DNA of 64,000 nucleotides, taken from contig JASFKL010000001.1 of NCBI GenBank assembly GCA_050118655.1, positions 186-64,185 on the forward strand, given 5' to 3'. This document shows, piece after piece, positions 59,392 to 64,000 of the stretch (position 1 is the first letter of the stretch; each line of letters begins with the position of its first letter). The notes under the pieces are model-generated. The model had not been told where the DNA came from. It searched no databases and saw only the letters and a program-made list of their open reading frames with translations. Source of the DNA: Gammaproteobacteria bacterium (GTDB lineage Bacteria; Pseudomonadota; Gammaproteobacteria; GCA-001735895). Made by a program: the position numbers and the translations under genes.

Positions 59392-59727
59392 TTGATGACC
59401 GACGAAGCCCGATTCAGACAGACCCTGCTCGATATGAAAAACGATCTGACCCGGCGTATAGACTCGATCGACAAGACCATTCGCCACGAGGGCATGTCCG
59501 CGGACTGGAGCGAACAGGCCAGCGAACGCGAAAACGACGAAGTCCTCGAGTCGCTGGGCAGCAATTCGGAAAAGGAATTGCAGATGATCAAATACGCGCT
59601 GAAACGAATCGAGGACGGCAGCTATTTCCTCTGCGACCGCTGCGGCGCGAAAATTCCCGAAGCCAGGCTGGAGCTGCTGCCTTTCACGCCTTACTGCGTC
59701 GACTGCGCCGAGAAAATCGAACCCTGA
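59392..59727 (+). CDS. DksA/TraR-family C4 zinc-finger protein
   Basis: C-terminal CDRCGAKIPEARLELLPFTPYCVDC has the four-Cys finger of DksA/TraR proteins; 111 aa. Confidence 0.8.
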   Translation: MMTDEARFRQTLLDMKNDLTRRIDSIDKTIRHEGMSADWSEQASERENDEVLESLGSNSEKELQMIKYALKRIEDGSYFLCDRCGAKIPEARLELLPFTPYCVDCAEKIEP

Positions 59728-59737
59728 GAAACTTATC

Positions 59738-59977
59738 ATGTTGACCGACAAGCACGATTTACTGCACGAGTTCCCCGAGTACAAGGACAAAATTCACGAT
59801 CTCAAGCTGAGCGACTCGCATTTCGCCAGGCTTTTCGACGAGTACCACGACCTCGACCACGAGGTGCATCGCATCGAGACCGGGGTCGAGAATACGTCCG
59901 ACGAATATCTCGAGGGACGCAAACTGCGCCGTCTGCACCTCAAGGACGAACTCTACCGGATAATCCGGGAAGACTGA
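59738..59977 (+). CDS. YdcH/DUF465-family small protein
   Basis: Translation HEFPEYKDKIHDLKLSDSHFARLFDEYHDLDHEVHRIE matches the DUF465 consensus pattern; 79 aa. Confidence 0.75.
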   Translation: MLTDKHDLLHEFPEYKDKIHDLKLSDSHFARLFDEYHDLDHEVHRIETGVENTSDEYLEGRKLRRLHLKDELYRIIRED

Positions 59978-60090
59978 CCTGCATACTGCCGGGTCATACC
60001 GGAGAACGGGGTAAAACGGCGTTCGCCCGGCCCAGCCACGGGCCGGCAGCCTCGACTATGTCGGAAGCCGGGGCCCGGGCGGCAGGCCGG

Positions 60091-60447
60091 CTAATCGACG
60101 GACTTGCTGTCCGGCAGGTAGCAGACGACGATACAGCCGTTCTCGCTATAGGTCGTATGCTGGGTTCCGGATTTCAGCCACACCAGGTCGCCGGGGCGGT
60201 AAACCGTGCCGTCGTTATCCCTGGCATCGCCCCTGATCACGTAGAACTCCTCGGCGCCGAGATGCTCGTGCGGCAGCGTGGTGTATCCGGGGTCCATCTT
60301 GTAAAGGTGAAAACCCGTGCCCGGCGGCTTGCTCTTGTCGAGTTGCATGACATAACCGTCATGCTGGCCGCGATCGTTGACGAAGGGCTCGAATTCGTCC
60401 TCGTCGATATTGGCGATCAAACGCTCGCCTTCGGCGACTGCTTTCAT
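60091..60447 (-). CDS. cupin-domain protein
   Basis: Translation FHLYKMDPGYTTLPHEHLGAEEFYVIRGD...GDLVWLKSGTQH is a double-stranded beta-helix motif pair; 118 aa. Confidence 0.7.
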   Translation of the reverse strand: MKAVAEGERLIANIDEDEFEPFVNDRGQHDGYVMQLDKSKPPGTGFHLYKMDPGYTTLPHEHLGAEEFYVIRGDARDNDGTVYRPGDLVWLKSGTQHTTYSENGCIVVCYLPDSKSVD

Positions 60448-60457
60448 ACTGCATACC

Positions 60458-60877
60458 TCATTTTTCGGATTCGGGTATTACGGCGATCACATCGATCTCC
60501 ATCAGCCATTCGGGCTGGCCGAGACCGGCGACTACGAGTCCCGTGGATATCGGGAAAACTCCCTTGAGCCACTTGCCGACCTCCTGGTATACCGGTTCGC
60601 GATAACGCGGATCGGTGATATAGGTCGTGGTCTTGACGACGTGACCGAGCTCGCTGCCACATTCGGTAAGCAGCTGGCTGACGTTTTTCATCGCCTGCTC
60701 GGCCTGCGCGCGGGGATCTCCGAGGCCCACCAGCTTACCGTCGAAGTCGGTACCCACCTGGCCGCGCAGATAGACCGTGTTGCCGGCGACTACCGCCTGG
60801 CAAAGGTCGTTGTCGAGCGACTGGTTCGGATAGGTATCCCGCGTGTTGAACATGCGGATGCGTTTGTGAGTCGGCAT
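60458..60877 (-). CDS. RidA/YjgF-family (reactive intermediate deaminase) protein
   Basis: Translation VYLRGQVGTDFDGKLVGLGDPRAQAEQAMKNVSQLL...VKTTTYITDPRYREPV...MEIDVIAVI is the RidA fold. I set the start at the internal ATG at 60875-60877; the longer ORF-track N-terminus is Arg-rich junk. Confidence 0.8.
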   Translation of the reverse strand: MPTHKRIRMFNTRDTYPNQSLDNDLCQAVVAGNTVYLRGQVGTDFDGKLVGLGDPRAQAEQAMKNVSQLLTECGSELGHVVKTTTYITDPRYREPVYQEVGKWLKGVFPISTGLVVAGLGQPEWLMEIDVIAVIPESEK

Positions 60878-61113
60878 CGAGTCTCCGGACGGGAGGCTGA
60901 CGACGGACAGCCGCCGACTGCGCCTCCGGTTAACATGACTGTTTTCGAAACCTGGAATTCTAAAGCAAATCCCGGATTCGCGCAGCTTTCGATCGCGCAC
61001 CGACAAGACGCGATAGACGAAAACAAAAGGCCCTGCCCCCGAATCGGCGCGGATGAATTCGACCGTCGCCATGTTATCCTTCGTTATTACGGTCCTGGTA
61101 ACGAGGAATTGAA

Positions 61114-61785
61114 ATGACCCTGTCCATCGCCGCGTGGGACGAACGGAGCGGCCAGCTCGGCGCGGCAATCGCCTCGTCGAGCATCAGCGTCGCCGCGCGC
61201 TGCCTGCACTGGCGCTCCGGCGTCGGCATCGCGCTGAGCCAGAATATCACCGACCCGAGGCTCGGCCCGCGCCTGCTCGCGCTGCTCGCCGACGGCGTCG
61301 ATGCGAATGCCGCGATGGACGCCGTCAGGCACAGCACGCCCCATATCGCCTATCGACAGCTCGGCCTCGTCGACAATACTGGAAATACCAGCCGGTTCAC
61401 GGGTGACGCGGTACTCGGCTGCTTCGCTTCGGGCGAGGGCAGGCACTGCGTGGCCGTCGGCAACCTGCTCGAAAACGACGGCGTTCCCGCGGCCATGATC
61501 CGCGCCTTCGAACAGGCTTCGGGTTCCCTCGGCGCGCGCCTGCTCGAAGCGCTGCGAGCCGGTGCCGAGGCCGGCGGAGAAGCGGGTCCTCTGCACTCGG
61601 CGGGACTGCTCCTCGGCGGCGAACCGAGCTGGCCGCTGGCGGAACTGCGCATCGACTGGAGCCCGGACCCGATCGCCGCCATAGTCGAGGGATGGGCGGT
61701 CTACGAACCGCAAATCGACGACTATGTGCTGCGCGCCTACAACCCCGTCGAGGCACCGTCTTACGGTGTACCGGGGGACCCTTAA
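61114..61785 (+). CDS. DUF1028-family (Ntn-hydrolase-like) protein
   Basis: Translation MTLSIAAWDERSGQLGAAIASSSISVAARC begins with the DUF1028 signature MT(F/L)SI(V/A)A, which has an N-terminal nucleophile-like Thr/Ser. Confidence 0.7.
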   Translation: MTLSIAAWDERSGQLGAAIASSSISVAARCLHWRSGVGIALSQNITDPRLGPRLLALLADGVDANAAMDAVRHSTPHIAYRQLGLVDNTGNTSRFTGDAVLGCFASGEGRHCVAVGNLLENDGVPAAMIRAFEQASGSLGARLLEALRAGAEAGGEAGPLHSAGLLLGGEPSWPLAELRIDWSPDPIAAIVEGWAVYEPQIDDYVLRAYNPVEAPSYGVPGDP

Positions 61786-62949
61786 ATGAACAGCCAGGAA
61801 ATTCTCGCGCGCCTGGTCGCCTTCGATACCACGAGCACGAAATCGAATCTGGAGTTGATCGACTTCGTGCGCAACCTGCTCGACGACCACGGCATCGAAT
61901 CGCAACTGGTACACAACGACGAGCAAACCTGCGCCAACCTCTATGCCACCATCGGTCCCGACGACCGCGGCGGGATCATGCTCTCCGGTCATACAGACGT
62001 CGTGCCGACCGCCGGACAGGACTGGCACAGCGATCCCTATCGGATGAAAACCGGCGACGATCGACTCTTCGGACGCGGTTGCTGCGATATGAAAGGCTTT
62101 ATCGCCTGCACGCTCGCGGCCCTGCCCCGCCTCGCGGCCGAACCGCTGCAGACGCCCGTGCACCTCGCGTTTTCCTATGACGAGGAAATCGGCTGCGTCG
62201 GCGCCAGGCGCCTGGCCGCGGCGATGTCGGGTTTCGAGGTCAGACCGCGGCTGGGATTGATCGGCGAACCCACCGGCATGAAACTGGTGCTCGGCCACAA
62301 GGGCAAGGTTTCCTATCGCGTCACGGTCGGCGGCCTGTCCTGCCATTCGGCCTATATCGACCAGGGCGTCAACGCGGTCGAATACGCAGCCGAACTGATC
62401 GCCTTTATTCGCTCCATGAACGAGCGGGCAAGCGAACTCCTCCGCGACCCGTCCTACTCGGTACCCCATACGACCTTCCACGTCGGCAACATCATCGGCG
62501 GCACGGCGCTCAATATCGTCCCCAGACAATGCAGCTTCGAATTCGAAATCCGCAACCTGCCGCAACAGGACCTCGAATCGCTGGTCCACGAAATCCGCCA
62601 TTATGCCGACGATACGCTGTTGCCGGACATGCAGTCGCGTTATCCCGAAAGCCGTATCGACTTCGAGGAAATCGCTTCCTACCCGGGCCTGCACACCGAC
62701 CCGACCGCCGCCATCATCGGCTACACCAGCGCCATCAACCCGGTTGCCGAGATCGGCGATAACGTAAGCTTCGGTACCGAGGCCGGGCTGTTCGACGGCA
62801 TCGGCGTGGAGTGCCTGGTCTGCGGTCCGGGCAGTATCGAGCAAGCGCACAAGCCCGACGAGTTCGTCAGCCGCGAGCAATTGCAGCATTGCGACCGCAT
62901 GCTGGAAAATCTTGCGCAACGCTGTCGCGAAACGGCAGAATTCGATTAA
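61786..62949 (+). CDS. M20-family metallo-deacylase (ArgE/DapE-like acetylornithine deacetylase family)
   Basis: Translation LSGHTDVVPTAGQDWHSDPY...GRGCCDMKGFIAC...LIGEPTGMKLVLGHKG shows the M20 metal-binding His/Asp/Glu motifs. Its start immediately follows the DUF1028 stop. Confidence 0.85.
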   Translation: MNSQEILARLVAFDTTSTKSNLELIDFVRNLLDDHGIESQLVHNDEQTCANLYATIGPDDRGGIMLSGHTDVVPTAGQDWHSDPYRMKTGDDRLFGRGCCDMKGFIACTLAALPRLAAEPLQTPVHLAFSYDEEIGCVGARRLAAAMSGFEVRPRLGLIGEPTGMKLVLGHKGKVSYRVTVGGLSCHSAYIDQGVNAVEYAAELIAFIRSMNERASELLRDPSYSVPHTTFHVGNIIGGTALNIVPRQCSFEFEIRNLPQQDLESLVHEIRHYADDTLLPDMQSRYPESRIDFEEIASYPGLHTDPTAAIIGYTSAINPVAEIGDNVSFGTEAGLFDGIGVECLVCGPGSIEQAHKPDEFVSREQLQHCDRMLENLAQRCRETAEFD

Positions 62950-62971
62950 ATCCGCAGATTAAAAAGGTCCC

Positions 62972-63445
62972 ATGCCGACAGACACCGACAAGCTTTGTAT
63001 CGGATGGCGCGAATGGGTCGCGCTGCCCGATCTTAACCTGCCCGCGATCAAGGCCAAGGTCGATACCGGCGCGCGCACCTCGGCACTGCACGCCTTCCTG
63101 ATCGAACCCTACACGCGCGACGGCACCGACATGCTGCGCTTCATGATTCACCCGATACAGCGAAACCAGGAGCTGGCCATCGAATGCCATTGCCCGGTTT
63201 TCGACTACCGCGAGGTAACGGATTCCGGCGGCCATCGCGAGATGCGCTACGTAATCCAGAGCCTGATCGAAATCGGCGGCCGGCAATGGCCCATTGAACT
63301 CACCCTGACCAACCGTGATACAATGCGCTTTCGCATGCTGCTGGGGCGGCGCGCCATGGAAGACCGTTTCATCGTCGATCCGGGCGCGTCTTACGTCAAT
63401 GGCAGATTGAGACCCCGCCAACTCTACGGGATCCACCAAGGATAA
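62972..63445 (+). CDS. RimK-associated retropepsin-like (DUF785, ATP-dependent zinc protease family) protein
   Basis: Translation [22 protein letters not shown] is the aspartic-protease-like DTGA motif, in a conserved partnership with rimK. Confidence 0.8.
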   Translation: MPTDTDKLCIGWREWVALPDLNLPAIKAKVDTGARTSALHAFLIEPYTRDGTDMLRFMIHPIQRNQELAIECHCPVFDYREVTDSGGHREMRYVIQSLIEIGGRQWPIELTLTNRDTMRFRMLLGRRAMEDRFIVDPGASYVNGRLRPRQLYGIHQG

Positions 63446-63449
63446 CTGC

Positions 63450-64000
63450 ATGAAAATCGCCCTCCTCTCGCGCAACCGGAAGCTTTATTCCTCTCGTCGG
63501 ATCATCGAGGCCGCCGAAGAGCACGGGCACGAAATCGTCGTCATCGACGTGCTGCGCGCCTACATGAATATCGCCGCGCACAAGCCGTCGATCCATTACA
63601 AGGGCGAAGCTCTCGAAGGTTTCGATGCCGTGATACCCCGTATCGGTGCCTCGGTAACCAGCTACGGTACCGCGGTTCTGCGGCAGTTCGAAATGATGGG
63701 CGTGGTGTCGCTCAACGAATCCGTGGCGATTACCCGCTCGCGCGACAAGCTGCGCTCGCTGCAGCTGCTGTCGCGCCGCGGCATCGGCATGCCGCTGACC
63801 GGTTATGCCAATAAACCCGACGATATCAAGGACGTGATCGAGATGGTCGGCGGCGCGCCCGTGGTGATCAAGCTGCTGCAGGGCACCCAGGGTATCGGCG
63901 TGGTGCTCGCGGAAACGCGCAAGGCCGCCGAAAGCGTGATCGAGGGTTTCATGGGCGTCAAGGCCGACATCCTGATCCAGGAATTCATCAAGGAGGCCGG
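63450..64000 (+). CDS. rimK: ribosomal protein S6--L-glutamate ligase (ATP-grasp), 3' end beyond the window
   Basis: Translation [46 protein letters not shown]... is collinear with E. coli RimK. RBS AAGGA lies 8 nt upstream. Confidence 0.9.
   Translation, partial: MKIALLSRNRKLYSSRRIIEAAEEHGHEIVVIDVLRAYMNIAAHKPSIHYKGEALEGFDAVIPRIGASVTSYGTAVLRQFEMMGVVSLNESVAITRSRDKLRSLQLLSRRGIGMPLTGYANKPDDIKDVIEMVGGAPVVIKLLQGTQGIGVVLAETRKAAESVIEGFMGVKADILIQEFIKEA

Noticed and set aside
61087-62919. 610-aa minus-strand ORF
   Set aside because: It is antisense to the DUF1028 and M20 deacylase genes, which have recognisable family motifs. Its composition is Ala/Arg/Asp/Gly-rich without domains.
1-64000. scan for CRISPR arrays, integrases, transposases, restriction-modification, toxin-antitoxin or other defence-island signatures
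   Set aside because: There are no regularly spaced direct repeats, and no recombinase, nuclease or ATPase defence-type ORFs. The only tandem repeats are coding repeats in fimV. The only isolated inverted repeat is the element in the tRNA spacer.

Overview
This 64-kb window is a high-GC chromosomal segment that looks gammaproteobacterial. Gene order is Pseudomonas-like in several blocks: dnaQ/rnhA/methyltransferase/mltD; tig-clpP-clpX-lon-hupB-ppiD; cysS, divergently adjoining ppiB-lpxH; and metZ-purF-cvpA-dedD-folC-accD-trpF-truA-fimV-asd-leuBDC with a divergent LysR regulator. I call about 60 protein-coding genes and 6 minus-strand tRNAs (Asp, Val; Leu, His, Arg, Pro). I see no CRISPR array, integrase or transposase. 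Three regions interrupt the housekeeping backbone. (1) A ~9.5-kb signalling island at 4.6-14.1 kb. It encodes a dual cNMP-binding/rhodanese protein and a convergent GAF-HD-GYP phosphodiesterase. Divergent from the latter is an operon encoding a CHASE2 Ser/Thr kinase, a PP2C phosphatase, a dual-FHA protein and a CHASE2 class-III nucleotide cyclase. This is the best candidate for an undescribed system in the window. (2) A 138-bp element with 26-bp near-perfect inverted-repeat arms sits in the spacer of the Pro-Arg-His-Leu tRNA operon. (3) An accessory metabolic stretch at 48-63 kb contains unknown proteins, a proline-racemase-family enzyme with a Cys-to-Thr active-site change, a gcdH-gcdG glutaryl-CoA module with a PuuB-like oxidase, and divergent amidase, deacetylase and EamA genes. 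Further downstream are a cupin/RidA pair divergent from a DUF1028/M20 pair, and a rimK pair. Also noted: a sigma70-like promoter and hairpin-plus-U6 leader upstream of metZ, a sigma32-like lon promoter, and tandem DNA repeats inside fimV. All calls rest on reading the translated ORFs and the DNA by eye. No database search was run. Displayed-line indexing disagreed with the ORF track by 1 nt at 33.7-34.3 kb, so coordinates there follow the ORF track.
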